Shown here one piece after another: positions 29,103 through 40,746 of a DNA stretch of 64,000 nucleotides. Within the stretch, counting starts at the first letter, position 1, and every line of letters starts with the position of its first letter. The notes beneath the pieces were generated by a model. That model worked only from the letters and a program-made list of their open reading frames with translations, was not told the origin of the DNA and made no database searches. Source of the stretch: an uncultured Gammaproteobacteria bacterium (lineage in GTDB: Bacteria > Patescibacteriota > Patescibacteriia > JACQRZ01). Location: assembly GCA_964621085.1 (NCBI GenBank), contig CAZUKY010000001.1:22951-86950 (forward strand), given 5' to 3'. The position numbers and the translations under genes were made by a program.

Positions 29103-29835
29103 ATATCTTTTTATGAATGGAGTTTATAAAGCAAGATCCAATTTCTAGTATATTTCTAGTATATTTAACCATATCTTGCGCGGTTCTCTGTCGTCTTTTT
29201 TTCTGACCACCTAAACTTGCGTCCATCTCATGAATAATCTCGTTCCGAACATCGAACGCTTTTTTAGTAACCTCGGACTCTTTCAGGATCTCCGCCGGAG
29301 TAATAGCAAAATTTGTAGCAACTTTTAATAACTGATCGCGGGATTGCAGACTATCGTCTACTAAACTTTTTTTTAGGGCATCTATAAGATAATCTCTGGG
29401 ACTTGAGCTCGCTAAAATGGAGGCAACCCACGTTGTGTCAATTAGTAATTTTTCCTTTTCGTCAGAGCTTCCTTTTTTCATTCTTCGATCTATGAATTTT
29501 TGAAACTCTTGTTGTGCGCCGGCCTCTTTATCGATAACTGTCGAGAGAGAATCCTTAACAAGTTGTTTTACAACCGAGTCTAACCCGGAGCATGAAAAAA
29601 CCAACATAGCACGCAAAAGGTCCTGCTCCGCATGTGTTGTGCTCCCCTTACTACCCCTTCTATTTGCTTGGAATAATTTATAGAACTCATTTACTGAATT
29701 AATGGCATGCTCAAAAACTATTTTTGCATTTTTTATTTCACGGAAATCTCCAGAAATAAGTTCTGTTACCTTAATTTCTTTAAATTCTTTTTTTGACATA
29801 TCGGGATCACTAACTGTCTTGTTCAATATCAACAT
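29089..29835 (-). CDS. Hypothetical alpha-helical protein with an RNxxxH motif (candidate HEPN-like domain)
   Basis: VRNEIIHE near the C-terminal third matches the HEPN Rx4-6H (RNxxxH) signature. Overlaps the res start by 14 nt and the upstream small gene. Assignment is by motif only. Confidence 0.4.
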   Translation of the reverse strand: MLILNKTVSDPDMSKKEFKEIKVTELISGDFREIKNAKIVFEHAINSVNEFYKLFQANRRGSKGSTTHAEQDLLRAMLVFSCSGLDSVVKQLVKDSLSTVIDKEAGAQQEFQKFIDRRMKKGSSDEKEKLLIDTTWVASILASSSPRDYLIDALKKSLVDDSLQSRDQLLKVATNFAITPAEILKESEVTKKAFDVRNEIIHEMDASLGGQKKRRQRTAQDMVKYTRNILEIGSCFINSIHKKIYGST

Positions 29836-30127
29836 CAGTAAACCCTAGTGGTAGTGGTGAGTATCCGGCATGACCCGGATAGCCAGGATAACCCGGATAG
29901 CCAGGATAACCCGGATAGCCAGGATAACCCTTGTAGGGATTATAATGCTTCTTATACAGGCGATTGTTCGTGAAAATATGTCCTAAATAATTACCGTTAG
30001 TATCGACAACTTCAAAGGAATCCCAGGGTAGCCAACCAATCCAACTCCCATTTGTATTATAAACATATCTTCCTACTCGGAAGGCAATCCACTCGCCTGA
30101 AGAATTATAAAGATATTGAAAATTCAT
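29810..30127 (-). CDS. Small protein with an N-terminal aromatic/Trp-rich repeat (YxYNxxGxWIxx) and a C-terminal (GYP)n tail
   Basis: 105 aa. The GYPGYPGYPGYPGYPG tail is encoded by the 18-bp tandem repeat. The start ATG overlaps the mod stop (TAATG), implying translational coupling. Confidence 0.45.
   Translation of the reverse strand: MNFQYLYNSSGEWIAFRVGRYVYNTNGSWIGWLPWDSFEVVDTNGNYLGHIFTNNRLYKKHYNPYKGYPGYPGYPGYPGYPGYPGHAGYSPLPLGFTDVDIEQDS
29873..29930. repeat. Tandem repeat, 18-bp unit ACCCGGATAGCCAGGATA x3.2, in frame within the small GYP gene
   Basis: Three perfect copies plus a partial one, read directly in the sequence. Confidence 0.85.
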
Positions 30128-32211
30128 TATACAAGCACGTCTATTACCTTTGTTGTATCATTGCCGAAGATATCTACCACCTTCACGGCAACTTTATAGG
30201 CTCCTTTTGATACCTCTTTTGCTGCAGATACAAGCTCAAGGTTTCTATTTTTCTTTGTTCGGAAGCTTTGCCACTCGTTATCAAAGATATAATCACCCGT
30301 CCAAATCTCTTTCTCTTCATCACCGTCTATAATTTTGATGATCTCTTTTCTATCAGCAAAGTTAAAATCTACCGCCCAATAGTCAATCCAATCGCTCCAT
30401 TTCTTTGTAAGTATCTCCGGCTCGCCTATGGTGCCGTCCTTGTTCTTTGATATTTTTTTAACCTGTCCATTCTCAATAATAATTTTTGACCCACCAGACT
30501 TTAATGATTCTTGTATCTCTCCTGAGTCGTCTTGGCTGTAAAAAACCGAAAAATCTGTTAACTCGATGGCTAATTCTTTACTACCTGCCCGACCCTTGAT
30601 AATTGGCTTCGCCTCGATGAATGCCACGTCATAAAATTTGACTTGGCCTTTTTCTACGGCTTTTCTGTCAAACACTTCTCTTGGGATTACGCGGAAAGCA
30701 ATGTCGATTCCTCGCTTTTGGTAGCTTCCGAAATCTATACCCATTTCATAATCAAAACCGAGCACATCAACTTTTGTAATGCCTTTTTCTTTGCATTCGG
30801 TCGCAACTTCCTCGATAAATTTGGAGGATACTGGGAGATTGATTGGACCAACTACAACCAAGCGATCTCGTTTTTTACCGACAACATTTACAAACGAGTC
30901 GACACGCTCTGCTTTATACGCTGAAAGAATAAGATCTACATATTCTTTTTCTTTTCTCTCTGCCTGTTTTGCTCGTTCTTCTGCTCGCAGATCACTATTT
31001 AGCGTAAGAAAGTTTTCTCGCTCATAGCGACCAACATTCAATACCTCAAAAGCACGGAAATTTTGCCCAGACTTCTTTAGCTCGCGCTGAACACCAACCA
31101 TTCGTTTTCGCGTTGTATGTATAGAAAACTTTCCCAGATCGGACCCGATCCATTTTCTACCAAGCTTTTCGGCAACAGCAAGAGTTGTGCCAGAACCACA
31201 AAAAAAATCTGCAACTAAATCACCTTCATTTGAAGATGCCTTAATAACACGTTCAAGTAACGCCTCGGGCTTTTGAGTCGGATAATCAACTCTTTCCCTT
31301 GAATCGGATTCAGTGCCTAGTCCATACACATCATCCCAAACATCGCGACAAATTGAATTGTGGTACCACATTTTCTTTTCCTCATCCCAAATTTCAGGAT
31401 ATTTCTCATTGAAATTGTATTTCTTTGCCTGGTAGGACTTGTAGTATTGAGTATTGAATGAAAAATCTGAGGTTCTCGAATAAAAAAATATGGCGTCATG
31501 CTTTCTGGCAAAGAATCCTTTGCTTACTCCACCCGTTTTATAGCTCCAAATTATTTCATTTTTAAAATTATCTTTACCAAAAATTTCATCTAGCGCTAAT
31601 CTAAGGTAACCACTTACGCGATAATCGCAGTGAACATAGATACTGCCATCCTCTGCCAACAATCCATGCATTAGCTTTAGTCGTTCATAGATCATAGCGA
31701 TAAAGCTATCTGCCCCTTTTCCCCATGTATCTCTATAGGCTATTTCTTCAATCACTGACGGCTTCTTAGTAAAACTCTCCGCGTCATCGCCGTCGCCAAT
31801 TTTTATATCCATCGAAAAATCCGCTCCGACGTCAAAAGGAGGGTCGATATAAATCAATTTTAAACCGCCCTGCGCTTCGATTTCCTTTCGCAAAGGACCA
31901 TTTTTCAGTGATGAGAGTATTAGCTTATTGTCGCCCCAGATGAGCTTATTCGTCCACCCAGTTATTTGTCGGCCCGAGGTATCAAAAAGTGTATTTTGTC
32001 TGCCGATTTTTCCATCGCCTCGTGGCTCGTCTATTTGCTCAATCACCTGGAATGGCAAGACAACGTTTGTAACTTCATTTGTTTTTCCATTCCAGACAAG
32101 CTCTACCTCTCGATCGTCACCGAACAATAAAAAGCGATATTTATCTGGAAGTGGCTTACCCACCTCAAGATATCTAATAACATCTCGTTTTTCATTATCA
32201 GTTAGATACAT
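30127..32211 (-). CDS. mod: Type III R-M Mod subunit (beta-class N6-adenine DNA methyltransferase)
   Basis: Motif [13 protein letters not shown] precedes motif [10 protein letters not shown] (a beta-class permutation). A central variable region is present. 694 aa, with a res gene downstream. Confidence 0.85.
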   Translation of the reverse strand: MYLTDNEKRDVIRYLEVGKPLPDKYRFLLFGDDREVELVWNGKTNEVTNVVLPFQVIEQIDEPRGDGKIGRQNTLFDTSGRQITGWTNKLIWGDNKLILSSLKNGPLRKEIEAQGGLKLIYIDPPFDVGADFSMDIKIGDGDDAESFTKKPSVIEEIAYRDTWGKGADSFIAMIYERLKLMHGLLAEDGSIYVHCDYRVSGYLRLALDEIFGKDNFKNEIIWSYKTGGVSKGFFARKHDAIFFYSRTSDFSFNTQYYKSYQAKKYNFNEKYPEIWDEEKKMWYHNSICRDVWDDVYGLGTESDSRERVDYPTQKPEALLERVIKASSNEGDLVADFFCGSGTTLAVAEKLGRKWIGSDLGKFSIHTTRKRMVGVQRELKKSGQNFRAFEVLNVGRYERENFLTLNSDLRAEERAKQAERKEKEYVDLILSAYKAERVDSFVNVVGKKRDRLVVVGPINLPVSSKFIEEVATECKEKGITKVDVLGFDYEMGIDFGSYQKRGIDIAFRVIPREVFDRKAVEKGQVKFYDVAFIEAKPIIKGRAGSKELAIELTDFSVFYSQDDSGEIQESLKSGGSKIIIENGQVKKISKNKDGTIGEPEILTKKWSDWIDYWAVDFNFADRKEIIKIIDGDEEKEIWTGDYIFDNEWQSFRTKKNRNLELVSAAKEVSKGAYKVAVKVVDIFGNDTTKVIDVLV

Positions 32212-32246
32212 AATTATCCTTATTTGAGCTTTGGTAATTTTCCTTT

Positions 32247-32275
32247 ATTTTAGAAGACTTTTTAACAGTAAGCAA
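32247..32275 (-). promoter_or_regulatory. Candidate promoter of the mod operon (TTGCTT, 17-nt spacer, TAAAAT on the minus strand)
   Basis: -35/-10-like elements with a 17-nt spacer, about 35 nt upstream of the mod ATG, which has an AAGGA SD. Confidence 0.35.
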
Positions 32276-32365
32276 GTGCTTGCAATGACTCAAACATACA
32301 ATACTGAAGGCGGCTAAAAGCCTTGCGGAATACCGCGCCGTGCGGTATACTTATGGTGTCTGTGA

Positions 32366-34414
<2,049 letters not shown>

Positions 34415-34500
34415 GAGTGTGATACCGGTTTCATTCACGCAAGCGCCATTTGATTTTGAACAAAAAAATAAATTGATCACGACATGCATGAGCATAGGAT

Positions 34501-35301
34501 ATGAATTTAAAAAAATACTTAACTATTATTAACGCATACTGGCAGCGGGCACTGACATACCGTTTTTCTGTGATTGCCTATCGGACGGGCGAGTTAGCTG
34601 AGATTGTTGTACTTATTATGATGTGGACAGCGATTTATGGTGCTCAGGAAATCATCCAAGGATTTACTCTTAATGAGATGATTACATATATTCTTGTTGG
34701 TAATTTTATTAATGCTGTCGTACGCAATTATCTTCCGTCGGTCATTGCGCGGGACATCAAGGATGGTCGACTTTCAACATTGCTTCTCAAGCCGATGAGC
34801 TATTTCCAATATATCCTTACCCAAGAGCTTGGCAGAATGTCCTATGCACTCATCGCGTCTGCCTTATCGGCAGTTATTGCAATACTCTTTTTCTCCTCGG
34901 CTATGCTGTGGAATTTCGATCCCCTTCGCTTGGTTATTATGATAGTAATTATTGCTCTTTCCTTTATCATCGAGCTTCTATTTTCGTATCTCATCGGATT
35001 GATAGCTTTCTGGACAGATGAAGTAGATGGAATATTTGTTACATTTGAGCGAGTTAAGAAGTTTTTCTCAGGGGGATATTTCCCCTTATCCCTCTTGCCC
35101 ACAGCTTTTGTGAGTATAAGTCTTGTCTTACCATTCGCGTATACCCTGTTCGTTCCCGCACAGGTTTATCTCGGGAAAATAGGAATTCACCAAGCCTTAG
35201 TTGGTATCGGTATCCAGGCGGTCTGGATCATTCTTCTCTATTTTATTATCGCCTTTGTATGGAATCGGGGGCTTCGGAGATATGAGGGCGTAGGCATTTG
35301 A
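34501..35301 (+). CDS. ABC-2 type transporter permease
   Basis: Six TM segments; an ABC-2 family-like hydrophobic profile. Overlaps the downstream ATPase gene by 4 nt. Confidence 0.7.
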   Translation: MNLKKYLTIINAYWQRALTYRFSVIAYRTGELAEIVVLIMMWTAIYGAQEIIQGFTLNEMITYILVGNFINAVVRNYLPSVIARDIKDGRLSTLLLKPMSYFQYILTQELGRMSYALIASALSAVIAILFFSSAMLWNFDPLRLVIMIVIIALSFIIELLFSYLIGLIAFWTDEVDGIFVTFERVKKFFSGGYFPLSLLPTAFVSISLVLPFAYTLFVPAQVYLGKIGIHQALVGIGIQAVWIILLYFIIAFVWNRGLRRYEGVGI

Positions 35302-36317
35302 GTATGAAAGCGATCGAAGTGAAAAATCTTTCCAAGCGCTATGCGTATTATCGCAAAGAGCGAGGCCTTCTCGGATCGTTCAAGAACTTTTTTTATCGGA
35401 AGACGCTCTATGCTGAAGCGGTCAGGGAAGCAAGTTTTTCAGTAGGACAAGGCGAGGTTGTTGGCTTCGTCGGTCCGAATGGCGCGGGAAAAACAACAAC
35501 GTTGAAAATGCTCTCGGGACTCCTGCAGCCATCGGGCGGCGAAGTTCGCGTCTTGGATTACGTGCCGTTCGAAAGGAAAAGCGCATACCAACAGCAATTT
35601 GCATTGGTAATGGGGCAGAAGAACCAGCTCATTACGGATCTCCCCGCTCAAGAAACATTTCTGATTAATAAGGAGATATACGGGGTCAGCGACGTGGATT
35701 ACAGATCGCATCTTGCCGAATTGACGAAACTTCTCGAGGTAACTAACATCCTCGACATTCCGGTTAGGAAACTTTCGCTCGGACAGCGCATGAAGTGCGA
35801 GTTAATCGCTGCACTGATTCATAAGCCGAAGGTGCTCTTTCTCGACGAGCCCACGATAGGCCTTGATGTGGTTGCGCAAAAGAATATCCGCGATTTTCTT
35901 AGAAAATATAATGAGGAAACAAAGACGACAATCCTTCTGACGTCGCATTATATGCAAGACATCCGCGAATTGTGCAGAAGGATCATTATCATCAATCTTG
36001 GGGAAATCATTTTTGACGGAGCACTCGACGAGCTTATCCAGAGATATGCAACACACAAGCTTTTAAAGGTGAGCTTTAAGCAGGATTCAGTCCGTAAATC
36101 AGATCTTGCCCAATTCGGGAAAGTCAAGGATTTCAATCATTATGAATGCGTGCTAGAGACGGAACGGCAAAATGCGAAACAAGCTGCGGCGGCACTGTTT
36201 TCATCCGGTATTCCTATCGACGACATTGCGATCGGCGAAGTTGATATTGATAGCATTATTCGTACGATTTTTAACTCGGGAGAAAAACAAAAAAGATCTA
36301 CTCACGAGTCTAAGTAA
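35298..36317 (+). CDS. ABC transporter ATP-binding protein
   Basis: Walker A GPNGAGKTT, signature LSLGQRMK, Walker B LFLDEPT. Confidence 0.9.
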   Translation: MSMKAIEVKNLSKRYAYYRKERGLLGSFKNFFYRKTLYAEAVREASFSVGQGEVVGFVGPNGAGKTTTLKMLSGLLQPSGGEVRVLDYVPFERKSAYQQQFALVMGQKNQLITDLPAQETFLINKEIYGVSDVDYRSHLAELTKLLEVTNILDIPVRKLSLGQRMKCELIAALIHKPKVLFLDEPTIGLDVVAQKNIRDFLRKYNEETKTTILLTSHYMQDIRELCRRIIIINLGEIIFDGALDELIQRYATHKLLKVSFKQDSVRKSDLAQFGKVKDFNHYECVLETERQNAKQAAAALFSSGIPIDDIAIGEVDIDSIIRTIFNSGEKQKRSTHESK

Positions 36318-36425
36318 CCCCCTTTCTCCTCGATCTGCATACCGGCGTCCCAAGGTTTTCCGGGTTTCAGGGATGAAAGGCAGGTTTTGGTTTTTCAATG
36401 AGTCGGTTTTGGAAGGAAGGCGCCA

Positions 36426-36454
36426 TTGACCTTTGGCGCTTGTTGTGGTATGCT
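36426..36454 (+). promoter_or_regulatory. Sigma70-like promoter (TTGACC, 17-nt spacer, TATGCT)
   Basis: Near-consensus elements with a 17-nt spacer. Followed by an AAGGAGG SD and the ATG at 36490. Confidence 0.6.
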
Positions 36455-36489
36455 CTCGCAATCGGATTCACACGCAAAGGAGGATATCA

Positions 36490-36975
36490 ATGGCGACTGT
36501 CGCCACGCAACTGTATACGTCCAAGCTTGACCTGCGGGAAGGCGTCGAGATCGGCGTCAAGAGCATCTCCGTCGTCCCGCGCGTCGATAGGGCGCCCCAA
36601 CACTACGGAGCGCTGTACCTGACCCGGCCGCCCGAATGCCATCTGTTCGTTGGCAGAGTGCCGCTCGTGAACCTTCACATCCGTGACGTACTACTCCTCC
36701 TCGATGACACGATCGAGCGCGAGTCGGACGTGGACGTGCGCGTCGACGAGTACATCCTCCTGCGCCAGACCGGCGTCAAGGATGGCGAGCCGCTCCTGGA
36801 GGCCTGGCGCAGGCGGCAGACCGTCCATGTCGGGAGCAATGCCGGAAATTACATGGACCTGCCGGGCCGCCACCTGCCCACCGACCAGTTCCTGACCCTC
36901 TTCATGCTCGCGAGCCAGACGCGCGACCTCCCGCCCGGCGATGGCGAGGTCCACCTGCCGCCGCACTGCGGGTAA
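36490..36975 (+). CDS. Hypothetical protein (GC-rich cassette, about 65-70% GC)
   Basis: 161-aa ORF with a perfect promoter, perfect SD and a strong terminator; no recognisable domain. Other overlapping ORFs in this GC-rich stretch are likely spurious. Confidence 0.45.
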   Translation: MATVATQLYTSKLDLREGVEIGVKSISVVPRVDRAPQHYGALYLTRPPECHLFVGRVPLVNLHIRDVLLLLDDTIERESDVDVRVDEYILLRQTGVKDGEPLLEAWRRRQTVHVGSNAGNYMDLPGRHLPTDQFLTLFMLASQTRDLPPGDGEVHLPPHCG

Positions 36976-36991
36976 CCCTTCGTGGCCTCAT

Positions 36992-37028
36992 GGCCCTGCC
37001 GTTCAACCGCGGCGGGGCCGATTTTTTT
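36992..37028 (+). terminator. Rho-independent terminator
   Basis: 10-bp GC stem GGCCCTGCCG / CGGCGGGGCC followed by GATTTTTTT. Confidence 0.65.
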
Positions 37029-37033
37029 ACACT

Positions 37034-37062
37034 TGACATTCACACAGCCCTGTTTTATACTG
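37034..37062 (+). promoter_or_regulatory. Sigma70-like promoter (TTGACA, 17-nt spacer, TATACT) for secE-nusG
   Basis: Consensus -35, 17-nt spacer, near-consensus -10. Confidence 0.6.
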
Positions 37063-37109
37063 AAATCGAGCCTCGACGGGCTTTTTTAATTAGAAAAACG
37101 AGTGATTGT

Positions 37110-37304
37110 ATGGCATTCCAGGCCAAAATCGCAGATTATTTCAAGGACTCCTACGCCGAGATGAAGAAGGTCGTCTGGCCCTCGCGACGGCAAACGCTTC
37201 AGCATACCGGCATTGTTATCCTGTTCAGCCTGGTAGTCGCCCTGTTTTTGGGTGCGCTGGATATCTTTTTCCAGTGGGGAATCGAGAATATTCTCTCGCG
37301 ATAA
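37110..37304 (+). CDS. secE: Preprotein translocase subunit SecE
   Basis: A 64-aa protein with a single C-terminal TM segment, immediately upstream of nusG. Motif KKVVWPSRRQ. Confidence 0.8.
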   Translation: MAFQAKIADYFKDSYAEMKKVVWPSRRQTLQHTGIVILFSLVVALFLGALDIFFQWGIENILSR

Positions 37305-37350
37305 CATCCTAAAAGCTCGAAGCGAACGCTATAAGCTAGCAGCTCTCACT

Positions 37351-37896
37351 ATGGCAAAACAAACAGCCCACGAAGGGCGCAGATGGTACGTCATCCATAC
37401 CTACTCCGGCTACGAAGAGAATGTCGTGCGCAACCTCAAGCAGCGCATCGAGTCGATGGATATGGAGGACCGCATTTTTAACGTCCTCATTCCGACCGAA
37501 AAGAAGATCAAGATCAAGAACGGCAAGCGAAAGGTTGTTGAGGAAAAAATTTATCCCGGCTACGTTCTTGTAGAAATGATCGTGACGGACGACTCATGGT
37601 ATGTGGTGCGCAACACGCCCAATGTGACCGGATTCATCGGCACCGGAACGACTCCGACGCCCGTATCGGACGAGGAGATGGCCGGACTGCAGAAGCGCAT
37701 GGGCATGGAAGAGCCGAAATACAAAATCGACTTTGCGCTGTCCGATACGATTCAGATTGTCGATGGCCCCTTCAAGACGTTCGAGGGAAAGATCTCCGAA
37801 ATCGACGAGGAGCGCGGCAAGGTCAAGGTGCTTGTCAGCATGTTCGGCCGTGAAACTCCCGTGGAACTCGACTTTCTCCAAGTGAAGAAGGTATAA
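37351..37896 (+). CDS. nusG: Transcription termination/antitermination factor NusG
   Basis: NGN domain (RWYVIHTYSGYE) and a C-terminal KOW domain. Confidence 0.92.
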   Translation: MAKQTAHEGRRWYVIHTYSGYEENVVRNLKQRIESMDMEDRIFNVLIPTEKKIKIKNGKRKVVEEKIYPGYVLVEMIVTDDSWYVVRNTPNVTGFIGTGTTPTPVSDEEMAGLQKRMGMEEPKYKIDFALSDTIQIVDGPFKTFEGKISEIDEERGKVKVLVSMFGRETPVELDFLQVKKV

Positions 37897-37949
37897 CGCA
37901 TTTCAATTAATCAGCTGTCTCTTTGCCTCTGGGACGCAAAAACATATCT

Positions 37950-38372
37950 ATGGCAAAAAAAGTAAAAGCGCTTATCAAGCTTCAGATTCCGGCCGGCAAA
38001 GCGAATCCCGCACCGCCGATCGGCCCGGCACTCGGCCAACACGGACTCAATATCGCCGAGTTCTGTCAAAAGTTCAATGCAGCAACGCAAGGCAAGGATG
38101 ATGTTACGCCGGTCGAGATTACCGTGTATGAAGACCGAACGTACGACTTCATTCTCAAGACGCCCCCCGCCTCCGAGCTGATTAAAAAAGCTGCCGGACT
38201 ACCAAAAGGATCCGGAAAGCCCCTGACAGAAAAAGTCGGGAAGATCACCACTGCACAGCTTCGCGATATTGCCGAGCGGAAGATGACAGACCTGAATGCC
38301 AAGAGCATTGAGGCTGCGATGAATACGATCGCCGGCACTGCAAAACAAATGGGGGTCGAGATCAAAGATTAG
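37950..38372 (+). CDS. rplK: 50S ribosomal protein L11
   Basis: [32 protein letters not shown]. Confidence 0.93.
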   Translation: MAKKVKALIKLQIPAGKANPAPPIGPALGQHGLNIAEFCQKFNAATQGKDDVTPVEITVYEDRTYDFILKTPPASELIKKAAGLPKGSGKPLTEKVGKITTAQLRDIAERKMTDLNAKSIEAAMNTIAGTAKQMGVEIKD

Positions 38373-38396
38373 TCATTAATTTTTTAGTGGGAGGGC

Positions 38397-39113
38397 ATGA
38401 GCCCGCTTGTACCACACACGCATATGCAGCGAAAACGAACCAAGGAATTCAAAGAGAAAACCCAAACGATCGACAAATCGAAGACATATTCATTCGACGA
38501 GGCGCTCGAGCTTTTAAAGCAGGCGTCGTACGAGAAGTTCGACCCCTCGATCGAGGTTCATGTCCGCACCGGCATCGATCCGAAAAAGGGCGACCAGGTC
38601 ATCCGCGGGTCGGTCGTGTTGCCGAACAGCATCGGAAAGACAAAGCGCATCGCAGTCTTTGCTGAGGGCGACAAGGCCGATGAAGCGCAAAAAGCCGGAG
38701 CCGATATTGTTGGCGGCAAGGAGCTTATTCAGGAAATCAAGACGACCGGCAAAGCCGAATTCGATGTCGCAATCGCAACGCCGGATATGATGAAACACCT
38801 GGCAGTCGTTGCAAAAATTTTGGGTCCCAAGGGATTGATGCCTGCTCCGAAAAACGAGACGGTCACTCAAAATATCAAACATGCGGTTGAGGAGGTGAAA
38901 AAAGGAAAGGTCATGTTCAAAAACGACGACACGGCAAATGTTCACCAGGTGATCGGCAAACGGTCACTGGAGAACGGTAAGCTGAAGGAGAATTACGAGG
39001 CCTTTCTTGATGCCCTAAAGAAGGCAAAGCCCTCGGCGGCAAAAGGCACCTACATAAAAACCATCTCCCTCTCGACAACCATGGGACCCGGCGTTTGGGT
39101 CACCACGGCATAG
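38397..39113 (+). CDS. rplA: 50S ribosomal protein L1
   Basis: Full-length L1 similarity. The start may be the ATG at 38424 (MQRKRTKE...). Confidence 0.93.
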   Translation: MSPLVPHTHMQRKRTKEFKEKTQTIDKSKTYSFDEALELLKQASYEKFDPSIEVHVRTGIDPKKGDQVIRGSVVLPNSIGKTKRIAVFAEGDKADEAQKAGADIVGGKELIQEIKTTGKAEFDVAIATPDMMKHLAVVAKILGPKGLMPAPKNETVTQNIKHAVEEVKKGKVMFKNDDTANVHQVIGKRSLENGKLKENYEAFLDALKKAKPSAAKGTYIKTISLSTTMGPGVWVTTA

Positions 39114-39200
39114 CCAACGAGAAAAGCCCGCGTATGCGGGTTTTTTTCTAGACAAACCGCGCTCTATCGCGTACACTGGACTCGAAACAGTATAGAGAGT

Positions 39201-40724
39201 ATGTCCCCTTTTTCTTATGTGATCGGGCTGGAGGTTCATGTTCAGCTCAAGACCAAATCTAAGATGTTCTGCCGCTGCTCGAACGAGGGCGAGAACAAAG
39301 AACCCAATACGACCGTCTGTCCGGTATGCATGGGACATCCCGGAACATTGCCGGTTGCCAACAGTACAGCGATCCGCTGGTCGACAAAGATGGCACTTGC
39401 CCTGAACTGCACGATCGCGGAGTGGAGCAAGTTTGACCGGAAGAACTACTTTTATCCTGACCTTCCGAAGGGGTATCAGATATCGCAGTACGATCAGCCG
39501 ATCGGCCGCGAGGGCTACCTTGACATTCGCGGGGCGCACGATCCGGTGAGTAACCGGGCGGAGGCACGCATTCGTATCAATCGCCTCCATCTTGAGGAAG
39601 ACGCGGCAAAACTTCTGCACGCGCCGGTCGGGAACGCGAGTCTTGTCGACTTTAATCGCGCCGGCACGCCGCTGATGGAGATCGTCTCGGAGCCCGATCT
39701 GCGCTCTCCCGCAGAAGCAAAGGCATACCTCCAGGAGATCCGTCTTCTGGCACGGTATTTGGACGTCTCCAGCGCCGACATGGAGAAGGGGCATCTGCGT
39801 TGCGATGCCAATATTTCCATCAAGTTCGATTATGAGGGGACACCCGTCTGGACGCCAATTTCCGAGATAAAAAACCTGAACTCGTTCCGCGCAGTTGAAA
39901 AGGCACTGGAGTACGAGGGTCAGCGACTCTATGACGAATGGATATCCGGCGGAGAGGTGCGCAATCGCACGCACAAAATAACCGTGGGTTGGGATGACCA
40001 GCGCCAAGCGACCGTATTGCAGCGCACCAAAGAAGAGGCGCATGACTACCGCTACTTTCCGGAACCGGACATTCCCCCGCTTCGCTTCACAGCAGATACG
40101 ATCGAGGAGCTGCGCGCGGAAATTCCCGAGCGCCCCTCAGCGAAACGCGAGCGTCTCGGCGCTGAGTTCGGCATTGCGGCCGATGATGCCCGCATCCTTG
40201 TCGAAGATCGCATGCTCGCCAACTATTTCGAAAAATGCGCATCCGAGCTGGACGCGTGGCTCTGTTCCCTTGAGGCGTGCGATGAGGCATTCAAGGCAAA
40301 AACGTATCGGTCGCTCTCTACGTGGCTGATCAACAAATTTACCGCGTCTCTCGAAGCGGAAGGCACCGAGTTGCGCGAAACGAAGGTGACACCAGAGAAC
40401 TTTGCCGAGCTGATCGCGCTGATCGCGACGGATAAAATCAATAGCACCGCAGCGCAAACTGTCCTCTCTGAGATGATACGGACCGGCGCAGAACCGGATC
40501 ACATCATTGAGGAAAAAGGCTTGGCACAGGTTACCGATGCGAGCGCGCTTGATGCAGTTATTGCGACTGTTATCGCCGCGCATCCTGATGCGGTGGAAAA
40601 AATACAGGCTGGCAAAACATCGACGATCATGTTTTTGGTCGGACAGGTTATGCGAGAAATGAAAGGAACAGCACAGCCTGAGCTTGTAAAAAAAATGTTG
40701 GAGGAACGCTTAGGCACGAAATAA
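39201..40724 (+). CDS. gatB: Asp-tRNA(Asn)/Glu-tRNA(Gln) amidotransferase subunit B
   Basis: N-terminal IGLEVHVQL, a CxxC zinc motif, and a GatB/YqeY C-terminal domain. Confidence 0.93.
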   Translation: MSPFSYVIGLEVHVQLKTKSKMFCRCSNEGENKEPNTTVCPVCMGHPGTLPVANSTAIRWSTKMALALNCTIAEWSKFDRKNYFYPDLPKGYQISQYDQPIGREGYLDIRGAHDPVSNRAEARIRINRLHLEEDAAKLLHAPVGNASLVDFNRAGTPLMEIVSEPDLRSPAEAKAYLQEIRLLARYLDVSSADMEKGHLRCDANISIKFDYEGTPVWTPISEIKNLNSFRAVEKALEYEGQRLYDEWISGGEVRNRTHKITVGWDDQRQATVLQRTKEEAHDYRYFPEPDIPPLRFTADTIEELRAEIPERPSAKRERLGAEFGIAADDARILVEDRMLANYFEKCASELDAWLCSLEACDEAFKAKTYRSLSTWLINKFTASLEAEGTELRETKVTPENFAELIALIATDKINSTAAQTVLSEMIRTGAEPDHIIEEKGLAQVTDASALDAVIATVIAAHPDAVEKIQAGKTSTIMFLVGQVMREMKGTAQPELVKKMLEERLGTK

Positions 40725-40746
40725 AAAAACTTTCGCTTCCTTTCCA

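Larger units (their letters stand above)
25625..32212. other. AT-rich genomic island carrying a Type III R-M system with accessory genes
   Basis: GC is about 40-45% against 52-58% in the flanks. Seven minus-strand ORFs with overlapping or near-overlapping junctions, inserted between a convergent gene end (25624) and the gyrB promoter. Confidence 0.55.

Noticed and set aside
39015-40043. 342-aa ORF antisense to gatB
   Set aside because: It lies entirely within and opposite the well-supported gatB CDS. Its composition is Arg/Cys/Leu-rich and it has no motifs, so it is a spurious frame in GC-moderate DNA.
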